Below are positions 25,717 through 38,399 of a stretch of DNA of 64,000 nucleotides, piece by piece. Position numbers and translations under genes: made by a program. The first letter of the stretch is position 1. The number at the start of each line of letters is the position of its first letter. A model generated the notes under the pieces. It was given only the letters and a program-made list of their open reading frames with translations, had not been told where the DNA came from and searched no databases. The stretch is from Hemiscyllium ocellatum (lineage: Eukaryota). The stretch is from positions 1-64,000 of the forward strand of contig NW_026867716.1 of assembly GCF_020745735.1 (NCBI RefSeq), in the 5' to 3' direction.

Positions 25717-26064
25717 CTGCTCAGGGAAATGTCTCAGTGGTGAGTGGGACAGAGGGAGATTCAGTTACTTTACCCTGTATCTTCAGTCGCTGGGACTCCC
25801 ACACCCTGACCACTGTTACCTGGATGAGGAAGGAGCCCTACCAACACATTGTTACATTTACAGCCCAATCACAGGGAAATTGGACAACTGGACACGGTGG
25901 AAATCGGTACGAGCTCATCGGGAACCCAGAGGAGGGAAACGCCTCGACCAGGATAAACCAGCTGAGTGTGAGGGACAATCACACTTACCTGTGTCTGGTG
26001 GAATACAGGTCAGAACACAATCTTTTGTATCTGATCCAGAAAGAGACTCGGCTGCAGGTACATG
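25717..26064 (+). CDS. Ig V-set exon V2, intact
   Basis: Acceptor tttcctcag, donor CATG|gtaaga, 348 nt phase 1/1. LPC.F, VTW, RYELIGNP..GNAS.RI, D..TYLCLVEY motifs; N-glycosylation sequons NVS, NWT, NAS, NHT. Confidence 0.9.
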
Positions 26065-27089
26065 GTAAGAAACCGTTCCCACATTCTTCAGCCTGTAGAA
26101 GGTGCACAGTGAGAGTGGAACAGATTCTGTGAATGTTTTGTGATTTGATTTTCTGGTGAAAGGACATGGAACTAAAACATTAACCCTGTTTCTTTCCACA
26201 GGTACTCTCTGCCCTGCTGAGTATTTGCAGCATTTTGATGTTTATTTAAAATTTCCACCATCTGTAGAGTTTTAGCTTTGGGTTTCAAATTTAATTTTAG
26301 TCCATATTTAATGTACTATGTTGTGCTGCTATTTTTAGGTGCATTCTGATGTCAGTATTGAAAGACATTGACAGACTCAGAATATTCAGTTATATCTCCA
26401 AATGTCCCAAAGTTATACTGACATTGAGATCATCTCCTCGAACAGGAAGGTGCAACAGTCTGATGTGTCCCTCTAGGTTACAATCTTCATCAGGAATAGT
26501 TCCATTAGTGCAACTACATTCCCAGTGTCCATCTGACTGTGTGAGGCATCACAGCCATGTGGGACTTATCCGCGCCCTGCATTCACACATGGGTTATAAA
26601 GGAAGGTGGTGGTATACTGTTACTGTCACTGGACGACCAATCCAGACACGCAAGTCTGTGGCTATGGGTTCAAATCCCATCACAGCAGAAGGTGAAATGT
26701 GATTAAATTTTTTTAAAATCTGGAATTTGAAGGAAAGTCTAACCTAATGGCTGAGATTTGGAAATTCTGATCTGATTCCGTTGTACACTTCAGGGAATCT
26801 GGAGTTTGGTTCAGTTAGCTGGATGGTTGGTTTGCAAAGCAGTGTGATGCCAACAGTGTGGGTTCAATCCCTGCATTGGCTCAGGTGACCATGAAGGACC
26901 CTCCTTCTCAACTCTCTCCTCACTGAGGTGTGGTGGCCCTCAGGTTAAACCACCACCAGTTCTCTCTCACTCTCTCTCTCTCAAGAGAAAGCAGCTCATG
27001 GTCTGGTCGGAATATGGCGACTTGATTTAGAGAATGAAATCTGCCATTCACACTCAGTGTCATGTGTTGCCATATGCACAATATTGAGA

Positions 27090-27600
27090 CCTCTCTCTCC
27101 ATCAGCACCACCTCACACAGGCTTAGGGCTGCTCATAATTCACCAACTCTGCACAGTCCACTTCTACCTGCGCCTTGAGAAAACAAAACACAGACTGGGT
27201 GACCACTTTGCAGAACCGAAATGTTCGTCCACAAAAATGATGCTGAGCATCAGTTGCCTGCCAGATCGACACACCAGCTTTTGGGGACCCAGTGACGTTC
27301 TGGACTCAATATTGGGGTCAATAATTTTAGGGCCTCAGCACCTTCTCCTATCTCCTTCCCCCAACCCCCACACACCAGGCCTTGTCATGACATGAGCTAC
27401 TACCAAAACAATCCATTGTTAGTGACGAATGGTCCCCATTAGCAGCTGTTCATTCTCCCAGGCCGACCTTTCCCCTTTTCTTTGTCTGTCCAATTGCTTT
27501 TCTCTCTCTCTGGGCTCCATTTCCACTGAGTGTTTACTCCTGCCCCCTCACCCCCCTCCCCATCTTCAGCATCTATACCAATCTTTCCCCAGCTATAATC
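27090..27600 (+). mobile_element. Penelope-like 3' fragment at the cassette junction
   Basis: KTKHRLGDHFAE (GIY-YIG region); related 3' repeat at 44655-44975. Confidence 0.7.
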
Positions 27601-30600
27601 AGTTATAGAGTCAAACAGCACAGGAGCAGAGCCTTCAGTTCAACTAGTCCACACTGAACACAATCCCACTTGCCTGCGCTTGGCCCATATCCCTCAAAAT
27701 ATTTCTTATTCATGAAATTATCTAAATGTCTTTTAAGCATTGTAACTTTACCCACATCCACCATTTCCTCTGGAAGCTCATTCCACATGAACCACTCTCT
27801 GTGTAAAATAAAAACTGCCCCTTATGTCTTTTTAAAATCTTTCTCCTCTCACCTTAAAGATATGCCCCCAGTCTTGAAATCTCCCACCTGAGCAAAAAGA
27901 CACCTGCCATTCACTTGATCTAAATTCCTCAGGCTTTCATCGATCTTGATAAGGTCACCTCTCAACCTTGTACACTCCAGTGAGAAATGTCCCAGTCGCT
28001 CCAGCCTCTTCCGGTAACTCAAGGCCTACTTTATCGGCAACATCCTGGTAAATCTCTTCTGAAACCTCTCCAGCTAAATGTTATCCTTGCAATAACAGGG
28101 TGACCAGAACTGGACACAATAGAGGCCTCACCAGCATCCTGTCTAACCTGAACATAATATCCCAACTCCGATTATCAAAAGTCAGAGCAATGAAGGCAAG
28201 TGTGCTGAACCACCGTATATATAGATGATGCAAACTTGGAAGAATTCTGTACCTGAATCCCGAGGTCTCTGTTCTACAGCACTACCCAAGGCCCTACTTT
28301 TAATTGTGTAAGTCTTGCCTTTGTTTGTTTTCCCAAAGTGCAATACCTCACACTTATCTTAAACTCCATCTGTCACTCTTCAGCCCATTAACCCATTTGA
28401 TTATGATCTCTTTGTATTCTAAGATAACCTTCTTTCATTGTTCAATGTACCATCAATGTTGGTATCAACCGCAAACTTGCAAAACATTCTTTCTGTGTTC
28501 TTACCTCAATTTTTAAAATAAATGACTGACAAAAGTGGGCCCAGCCCTGATCCCCGTGGAACCCTGCTGGTCACAGGCCTCCAGAACAAAACCCTTCCTC
28601 CACCGTCACTCTCTGTCTTCTGCCTTTCAGCCAATTGTGCATCCACTTGCCAAGCTCACCCGGAATCCCATGGGATCTAACTTCACTAATTAGTCTACCA
28701 TGCGGAACTTTGTCAAAGGATTTACCAAAGTCTAAGTAAACAATGTTAACCCCTCTGCCCTCAACAATTTTCTTGTTTACCTCTTCAAAAAACTCAATCA
28801 AGTTTGTGAGACACAATATCCCTTGCACAAAACCATGCTGACTATCACTAGAGTCATAGTGCCATAGAGATGTACAGCATGGAAACAGACCGTTCAGCCC
28901 AACCCATCCATGCTGACCAGATATCCCAACCCACTCGAGTCCCACCTGCCAGCACCGGGCCCCTATCCCGCCAAACCCTTCCTATTCTTATACCCATCCA
29001 AATGCTCTTAAATGTTGCAATTGTACCAGCCTCCACAACTTCCTCCAGCAGCTCATTCCATACATGTACCACTCTCTCTGCGAAAACTTTGCTCCTTAGA
29101 TCTGCTTTATATCTTTCCCCCTCACCCTAAACCTATGCCCTCTAGTTCTGGACTCCCCAACCCCAGGGAAAAGACTTTGCCTATTTATCCTATCCATACC
29201 CCTCATAATTTTGTAAACCTCTGTAAGGGCACCCCTCAGCCTCTGATGCAACAGGGAAAATAGCCCCAGTCTGTTCAGCCTCCCCCTGAAGCTCAAATCA
29301 TCCAATCCTGGCAACATCCTTGTAAATCCTTTCTGTACCCTTTCAAGTTTCACAACATCTTTCCAGTAGGAAGGAGACCAGAATTGCACACAATCTTCCA
29401 ACAGTGGCCTAACCAATGTCCTGTACAGCTGCAACATGACGCCCCCGGCTCATGTACTCAATACTCTGACCAATAAAGGAAAGCATATCAAATGCCTACT
29501 TCACTATCCTATCTAACTGCGACTCCACTTTCAAGGAGCTATGAACCTGCACTCCAAGGTCTCTTTGTTCAGCGACACTCCCTAGGACCTTACCATTACG
29601 TGTATAAGTCCTGTTAAGATTTGCTTTCCCAAAATGCAGCACCTTGCATGTATCTGAATTAAACTCCATCTGTCACTTCTCAGCCCATTGCCCCAACTGA
29701 TCAAGATCCTGTTGTAATCTGAGGTAACCCTCTTTGCTGTCCACTACACCTTCACTTTTGGTGTCATCTGAAAACTTACTAACTGTACCTCTTATGCTCG
29801 CATCCAAATCATTTATGTATATGACAAAAAGTAGTGGACCCAGCACTAATCCTTGTGGCACTCCACTGGTCACATGCCTCCAGTCTGAAAAACAACCCTC
29901 CATCACCACCCACTGTTTTCTACCTTTGAGCCATTTCTGTATCCAAATAACTGGTTCTCCCTGTATTCCATGAGATCTAATCTTGTTCATCAGTCTCCCG
30001 TGTTGACTATCCCTAATCATTCCTTGCCTCTCCAAATGCATATAAATCCCAAATTTCAGAATTATTTTCAACAACTTATCCACCACTGAAGTCAGACTCA
30101 CAAGTCTGAAGTTCCCAGGCTTCTCCTGACATCCCTTCTTGAACATTAGTCACTCTCCATTCACTCAGCGTCTCACTCGTATTTATAGATGATACAAATG
30201 TTTCTGCAAGGTGCCCAGCGATTTCCTCTTAACCTGTGACAAAGTCCTGGGATTCATGAAATCAGGGCTCAGAGATTTATATTTTCAAAGACCTCCAGCC
30301 CTTCCTCTTCTGTAATGCAAACTGTTTTCAAAACATCAATATTTATTTCTCAGTGTTCTCTCGCTTCCACTTCTCTCTCCACAGTAAAAACTGACACAAA
30401 ATATTCACTTAAGATCTCTCCTATCTCCTGAGGTCGAACACAAAGGCAATCTCTTTGCCCTGTACTCTGTCTCTTGTTGCTGTCTTGGTCTTAATGTATT
30501 TATAGAATCCCTTTGGATTATCCTTAACCTTACTTGTTGAGGCTATCTCATGTCCTTTCTTTGACTTCCTGATCGCCCTCGTATGAATGCCCCGACACTC

Positions 30601-31500
30601 ATTATATGGTGCAAGAGATCCATTTGGATCCAGTTGTTTATATTTAGTGTATGATTCTCTCCTATCCCTGACTGGAACCTCAATCTCTTTGTTCACACAT
30701 TGTTCCCGAAAGCAGTACAGTTGAAACCGCCCTTTGTGAACGGTCTTTTCTGTCTCAGAAGAGGTCGCAGTGATCCAAGAATCTGAATCCCTCTTCAGCC
30801 ATTGATTTGTCTCCTTTATCCTTTTGTTCCCTCATCTGAGCTTGGCTTTGGGAGTAAACCAGAAATTACTGCTTTTGTGGGTCTGTTTTTTAATCTTCGA
30901 CCTAACCTTTGATATTACTTTGTGAAGCCTGAATCCTTTCCCTAACAATGTCATTCCCATCAATGTGTACAAAAACATCTGGGTTCTCATTATTCCCTTT
31001 AACAGTATGCTTCAAACATTTTGCAATGTCCGTAATCCTAGCACCAAGAAAACAGTATTATATCCTAGATCCATGCTCACTGCTGCAGAACCTCCTGTCT
31101 GTGCCCTTGACAGGAGAATCATGTAAAACAATTATTCTTTTAAATTTTGTCAAACCCCTTTGAACATAAGGTTCATTTTTAGCGCCCAAGATCTGACTGT
31201 CCCTTCTAATTTCCTCTGAGAGATTATCCTTTCAACAGTACGAGAGATTTCTGAACTACCTTCTTACCTTTCCTGACAGTCATCCATCTATCTGACTGAT
31301 CCTGCTGTGTTATCACCTCTCGAAATCTACTGGCCATCTAACTCTGCGTCTCTTGTATGTCCGCAATGTCATTAAGTCAACAAAGAAGCAACTTACACTG
31401 ACATTTTAACTCTAAAATAAACCACATTTCTTTATCCAAAGAGCTAATATTAAGCACAAGTGTTCAGCAGACAGCTATCAATGTTCTGATTAAAAATAAA
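27601..31500 (-). mobile_element. Two CR1 copies duplicated from 55-3990
   Basis: Same motifs and nesting as copy 1. Confidence 0.9.
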
Positions 31501-33475
31501 ATCCCGCTCCAGAGCCAACCACGCGTTAATCTGTCCAAGAGCTCTGTGAACACAACTTGGTTTGAAACAAAACTTCCCTCAGCAATTATTATTTTCCATC
31601 AGCAAAACTTCCCACAGCCCACATGTGGGCCTATCCAAAAAGTCCATTGATAGGATTCTGTTTGATAAAAAAAATTGTGCCTGTCCATTTTGGGAATTTC
31701 TTTTGTGTTTTTGAATATAAAATAACTAAAAGTGAATCAAACAAAAAGCTTTTCTGACTGAAATGTAATAAATGTAAGAAAGCTGGAAGTAAATTTGAAA
31801 ATAAATCTGAATCTCAGGAGCAGCTGCAAGACCCACACTCCTCTCAGTCCACTGTTTTTGATCATTTTATTTCTGAAGAAGTGTCACTGGACCCAAAACA
31901 TTAACTCTACTTTCTCTCCACAGATGTCACCATACCTGCTGAGTTTTTCCCACAATTTCTGTTTTTGTCTCTGCCATCCTTACTTGGTCAGGTCTCTCCA
32001 GGACAGGGGTGGACAGTACATCAGGATTGAAGAAGGGTGTTCACTGTGTCAGGTCAGTGGAAGCAAGTGTGGGTCCTGGAGGTTGGGCCAGGGGCTGTGT
32101 GAGGAACAGCAGTAGGTCCCATGATTTCTGTCCCTAGCCCCATCTACACGTGAATGCTAACCCACTGTATTATATTTGCCGGCTGGGTAAGGAATCATCT
32201 ATGATGCTGGGGACATCTTCTGAGTCAAGGTGGTGTGAATGCCACAGCCCTATTATTTGCACTGATGAGCAGGGCTCCCCCTCATTGAGGATGGGGATAT
32301 TTGTGGAGACTCATATTCCTATTAGTTGCTTAATTGTCCTCACCCATTCATAACTGCATGTGACAGGTCTGCTGAGCTTATATCTGATGCACTGACAGTG
32401 GAATCACTTCCCCCAGAGCATCAATTGTGGTTTATGCTGTTTGACACAGAAGTAGTTTTATAGCTGACATCTCATTTTCAGGTTTGCTGGTGATGTTCCT
32501 GGCATCACCTCCTGCATTGTTCATTGAACCGGAATTGATGTCCTGACTTGATGTTAATGGCTTAGTGGGGGAGAATTACATGCCATGAGCTTACAGATTG
32601 TGTTACAGCTCACTTCTGCTGTACTGATGGTCCACAGTGTCTCAGGGATCCCAGTCTTGACTTGCTCGATCTGTTCAAAGACTGTCCCATTTAACTCAGG
32701 CCTAGTGCCATACATGATGGGGATGTACCTCAATGTGAAGATGGGACTTTGTCTCCACGGGACTGTGTGATAGTTACTCCTCCCAATCCTATAATAGGCA
32801 GATAGACGGCTGAGGACAAGGTCAAGCTTTTCTCTCTTGTTGGTTCCCTCACCACCCGCCACAGACCCAGTCCAAGAGCTATGTCATTTCAGATTCCACC
32901 AGCTCAGGCAGTAGTAAAGCTGCTGAGTCTGTCTTGGTGTTGGACAGTGACGTCTCCCACCCAGAGTACATTCTGTGCCAGTCTTGACCTCAGTGCTTCC
33001 TCCAAGTGGTGATAAACATGATCAGAAGCCTGGGAGTGGGGGGATTGTGACAGTGTGTAGTCATCCAGAGATTCCCTTGCTCATGTTTGACCTGATGCCA
33101 TCGGACCTCATGATAATGTTTCGAGATCAGAAAGTTCTGCTTAGCAACTGCTGTCTGATTGGTTGAACTGCAGCTGTTACAAAGCTATACGTTCCTGGAG
33201 TGTCTGAAAGCTTAAAGTAACTAGAGCCTACAGAGAGAAAGCAGCCAGCTCTGCCTCTCCCTCATCACTGCAGAGAAAAGCAGAGAAAATACAAGTTATC
33301 TGGAAAGAAAGAAGTCACATGTGAAAAGTTCTAAGTTCACCTGAATGGCCGTTGAATTTGAAGCATAACTATCACTGTCCAGAACACAGCATCTCATTCC
33401 TGCTAAAAAAACACAAGGACTGTGAGAGAGAATGATCGTTCCATCTTTTTTTTAAGATTACTTAAAAAAAAGTAA

Positions 33476-33760
33476 TCTTTTAAGAATCCGCAGGGTGGAA
33501 ACAGGCCCTTTGGCCCAACAAGTCCACACCGACCCGCCAACCCCTACATTTACCGCTTACCAAACACTACGGACAATTTAGCATGGCCAATTCACCTGAC
33601 CTGCACATCTTTGGACTGTAGGAGGAAACCGGAGCAAACCCACGCAGACACGGGGAGAATGTGCAAACTCCACACAGTCAGTCGTCTGAGGTGGGAATTG
33701 AACCTGGGTCTCTGACGCTGTGAGGCAGCAGTGCTAACCACTGTGCCACCATGCCACCCA
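33476..33760 (-). mobile_element. HE1-like SINE (duplicate of 5881-6171)
   Basis: Same position within block X. Confidence 0.9.
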
Positions 33761-33841
33761 CAAAAAGTCATGTAGTCAGGACTTTTATTTTCAGAGTTTT
33801 GTTTACCCTGTTACCCTGTCTACATTCTTTTGTCACTCATG
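33751..33841 (+). CDS. Candidate leader exon, cassette B (duplicate of 6163-6253)
   Basis: Same length, frame and donor as copy A; MPPTKSHVVRTFIFRVLFTLLPCLHSFVTH. Confidence 0.3.
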
Positions 33842-33877
33842 GTAGAAATATAAATCATCTATCTTTTCTCTGTCTTT

Positions 33878-33908
<31 letters not shown>

Positions 33909-34184
33909 CTGTGGCTTTGAAGGGATGCTGTTTAGGAGCATTAATTAGGTATCAATTTCTTTCACTGCTCTTATTACTGGAATTAATAATTAATGGAATT
34001 ATTTAACTGTTACTGAAGAATCCTGGTGTGGCTCACGTCTGTCCTGAGTAACAGTCTGTCAGGCACTTTGGGTGTAAGGGTGATCCTATTGGGATTCTTG
34101 TACATTTGTGTAGCTGCTGACAATGTGTAGAGCAGTAGGACATGTTCAGACATAACATGACTCATTGGGTTTCATGAAGGAGTG

Positions 34185-34500
34185 TGATTAGATTAGATTA
34201 CTTACAGTGTGGAAACAGGCCCTTCAGCCCAACAAGTCCACACCGACCCGCCGAAGCGCAACCCACCCATACCCCTACATTTACCCCTTACCTAACACTA
34301 CGGGCAATTTAGCATGGCCAATTCACCTGACCCGCACATCTTTGGACTGTTGGAGGAAACCGGAGCACCCGGAGGAAACCCACGCAGACACAGGGAGAAC
34401 GTGCAAACTCCACACAGTCAGTCGCCTGAGTCGGGAACTGAACCCGGGTCTCAGGCGCTGTGAGGCAACAGTGCTAACCACTGTGCCACCATGCCGCCCA
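34185..34500 (-). mobile_element. HE1-like SINE present only in copy 2
   Basis: Empty site in copy 1 (gaaggagtgatgaag near 6575-6590); short AGTG duplication. Confidence 0.92.
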
Positions 34501-35831
34501 AGTGATGAAGATGATTGATGAATGGAGAGTGGTGGACATGGCCTAACTGGACTTCAGCAAGGTATTTGACAAGGTTCTGCATGATAGACTGGTTAACAAG
34601 GTTAGATCACATGGAATACAGGAGGAACTAGCCATTTAGATACATAACTGGCTTGAAGATGTGTGGTGCAGAGTGTGGTGGTGCAGGATTGCGTTTTAAA
34701 CTGGAGGCCTGTACCCAGCGGTGTGCTGCAAGGATCAGTGCTGGATCCACTGCTTCTTGTCATTTATATAAATGGCTCGGATATGAAAATCAGAGAAATG
34801 GTCAGTAAGTTTCCAGATGACACCAAAATTGGAGGTGCAGTGAACAGCAAAGAAGGTTATCACAGAGGACAACGGGACTTTGATCAGATGGGCCAATGGG
34901 CTGAGGAGTGGCAGATGGAGTTTAACTTAGATAAATTTGAGGTGTTGCATTTTGGTAAGGCAAATCAGGGCAGGACTTATACACTTCCTGGTAAGGTACT
35001 GGGGAGTGTTACCAAACAAAGAGACCTTGATGTGCAGGTTCATTGTTCTTTGAAAGTGGAGTCAAAGGGTAGACTGGTTAATGAAGGAAGCATTTGGTAA
35101 ACTCACCTTTATTGATCAATGCAGGAATTAGGAGATCTTATCATGGCTGTACAGGATGCTGGTTGGACCACTTTTGGAATACTGCATTCATTTCTGGCCT
35201 CCCTGCTGTACGAAAGATGCTGAGAAACTCAAAAGGATTCAGAAAAGATTGGGGAGAATGATACCAGGGCTGGAGTGCTTGAGTTGTGGACAAAGCTGAA
35301 TAAGCTGGGGCAAGATTCCCTGGAGTGTTGGTGGCTGAAGGGTGACCTTATAGATATTTATAAAATCATGGATTCAGACATGATAAATAGTCAAGGTCTT
35401 TTCTCCAGGGTACGGGCGTCCAAAACTAGAGGGCACAGGTTTAAGGTGGGAGGGGCAAGATTTAAAAGGGACCGAAGGGACACCATTTTCATGCAGAGTG
35501 TGGTGTCTGAACATCAGTGAACCAGATGGATTTTTTCCAACAATTGATCATGGTTTCATGGTTCCCATTAGACTGGTGTTTAATTCCTGATGTAATAACT
35601 GAATTGAATTTCCAGCAGCTGCCATGGTGGGAACTGAAACTCTGTCCCCAGTGTATTGGATTGCTCATGAATTTACATTACTATTTGTTCACTACCTCTC
35701 ATTATAGCTGTGAAACCTGTTCTCACTAAATAACACACTCAGAATAGAGTCTCCAAGTTTCAGATCCACACACTGATATCTGTCCCAGTGCTGTGTTCAT
35801 ATCCTCTCTCTCCCAGTCTTTCCCCTCACAG

Positions 35832-37974
35832 CGGTTTCTGCTAAGGTTTAGAACATAGAACATAGAACATTACAGCACAGTACAGGTCCTTCAGCCCTCG
35901 ATATTGCACCGACCAGTCATGCCAATCTGAAGCCCATCTAACCTACACTATTCCATGTACCTCCATAGGTTTGTCCAATGATGACTTAAATGCACTTAAA
36001 GTTGGTGAATCTACAACAGTTGCCGGCAAAGCATTCCATACCCTTACTACTCTCTGAGTAAAGAAACTACCTCTGACATCTGTCCTATATCTATCACACC
36101 TCAATTTAAAGCTATGCCCCCTCGTGCTCGCCATCACCATACTTGGAAAAAGGCTCTCCCTGTCCACCCTATCTAACCCTCTGATTATCTTTTTTTTCTC
36201 TATTAAGTCACCTCTCAACCTTCTTCTCTCCAACGAAAACAGCCTCAAGTCCCTCAGCCTTTCCTCGTAAGACCTCCCCTCCATACCAGACAACATCCTA
36301 GTAAATCTCCTCTGCACCCTTTCCAAAGCTTCCACATCCTTCTTATAATGTAGTGACCAGAATTGTACACAATACCCCAAGTGCGGCTGCACCAGAGTTT
36401 TGTACAGCTGTAGCATAACCTCATAGTTCCGGAACTCGATCCCTCTATTCATAAAAGCTAAAACTGTATGCCTTCTTAACAACCCTGTCAACTTGGGTGG
36501 CAACTTTCAAGGATCTGTGTACATGGACACCAACACCTCACTGCTCATCTGCACTGCCAAGAATCTTACCATTAGCCCAGTACTTTGCATTCCGGTTACT
36601 CCGGCAAAGTGAATCACCTCACATCTGTCCGCATTAAATCCTATTTGCCACCTCTCAGCCCAGCTCTGCAGCTTATCTATGTCTTTCTGTAATCTACAAC
36701 ATCCTTCGTCACTATCCACAACTCCACCGACCTTAGTGTCATCTGTGAATTTACTAACCCACCCTTCTACGCCCTCATCCAGGTCATTTGTAAAAATGGC
36801 GAACAAGAATGGACCCAACACCGACTCTTGCGGTATATCAGTATTATCTGGACTCCAGGATGAACATTTCCCATCAACCACCACCCTCTATCTTCTTTCA
36901 GCAAGCCCATTACTGATCCAAACAGCTTTATCTCCCACAATCCCATTCCTCCGTATTTTGTACAATAGCCTACTGTGGTGAATCTTATCGAATGCTTTGC
37001 TCAAATCCATATTCACCACATCAACCAGTTTACTCTCATCTACCTGTTTGGTCACCTTCTCAAAGAACTCAGTAAGGTTTGTGAGGCATGACCTACCCTT
37101 CACAAAACCATGCCGACGATCCCTAATCAAATTATTTTTTTCTAGATGATATTAATCCTACCTCTTATAATCTTTTTCAACACTTTACCAACAACTGAAG
37201 TCAGGCTCACTGGTCTATAATTACCAGGGTTGTCTCTACTTCCCTTCTTGAACAGAGGAACCATATTTGCTATCGTCCAGTCTTCTGGCACTATTCCTAT
37301 AGACAATGACGATTTAAAGATCAATGTCAAAGGCTCGGCAATCTCCTCCTTGGCTTTCAAGAGGATCCTAGGATAAATCCCATCCGGCCTAGGATAAATT
37401 CCATCACACTCTACAGGGTTTCTAATACCTCTTCCTTGTGAACCTCAATCCCACCTAGTCTAGTAGCCTGTATCTCAGTATTCTCCTTGACAACATTGTC
37501 GTTTTCTAGAGTGAATACTGTTGAAAAATATTCATTTAGTGCTTCCCCTGTCTCCTCTGACTCTACACACAACTTCCCACTACTATCCTTGGTTGGCCCT
37601 TGATTGAGCAATGACAATAGCGGATGGAGTGAGGGCTGAGGAAGGAGGCTCTGCTGTCTTACCCTGCAGCTTCACCCACCCTGACACTCACCTCACACTC
37701 ACCGGCTCCGTCTTATGGTACAAGGAGGAAACACGGGCTTTTATCTTTAACTGTACATATCCTGGTCCATACCATTCCCAGGGTGAGCTGTGTGAGAATG
37801 CGATACAGCTGGACAGTGGGAATTGATTCAAATTCGTGGGGAGACTCACCAACAAAGATGCCTCAGTAATGATGGGGGGACTGAGCCAGGAGGATGCTGG
37901 TCCCTATCAGTGTCATGTGGAGCTCAATATTGATAGTTTTCAAACACAGTCTCCAACAAAGCTGGAAGTTGAAG
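35832..37974 (+). pseudogene. Disrupted V1 exon, cassette B
   Basis: Exon start at 35832 (ccctcacag|CGGTTTCTGCT) is split by a CR1 insertion (~35849-37600). In-frame TGA at 37605-37607 (Trp in A) and 37824-37826 (CGA in A); CRVE becomes CHVE; donor GAAG|gtaagg retained. Confidence 0.9.
35849..37600 (-). mobile_element. 5'-truncated CR1 inserted in the V1 exon of cassette B
   Basis: (AGAACAT)n tail at 35850; RT motifs GNYRPVSLTSVVGK, MDLSKAFDK, SKFTDDTKVGG. Confidence 0.95.
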
Positions 37975-38399
37975 GTAAGGAACAATATTTGGATGGTGTC
38001 ACTGCCCCGATAGCTCAATGGGAACAGGGTCCACCTGGACCGGGAGCTCTCGGGTTGGCTCTTGCTCTTGGGCTCTTTCAGTTGGTCTCAGGCAGGAGAC
38101 AGTGAGAAGGAGAGAGAGAGAGAGAAGGCTGGGATTTATGGACCATTCCATCACTGTGTCTGAAACTTCCCACAGTCTCCCATCAACTCCCTAACTTGTT
38201 GTGTTCAAACTGGCTTCAGTATTCTGAGGTCGGGACCAGAGAAAACATCACAAAGGATGCAAGCTCCAAGATCCACCTGGTTCCATGTTCCCTCTGGGCA
38301 ATATGGAGTCAATGACAGGGATCTCAAGGATGGATCTGGATAAAGGAAGTCGGGGGTCAGAGTGCATCGGTTTTTGAAGATGTCAGGACATGTTGAGAA

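Larger units (their letters stand above)
27545..35281. repeat. Segmental duplication block X, copy 2
   Basis: Direct repeat of 1-7360 offset by about 27.5 kb, with one extra HE1 SINE. Confidence 0.95.

Noticed and set aside
20044-26064. V exons as rearranging Ig/TCR V segments
   Set aside because: Each ends in a complete G strand and a GT donor, and no heptamer-spacer-nonamer RSS was seen after either exon.
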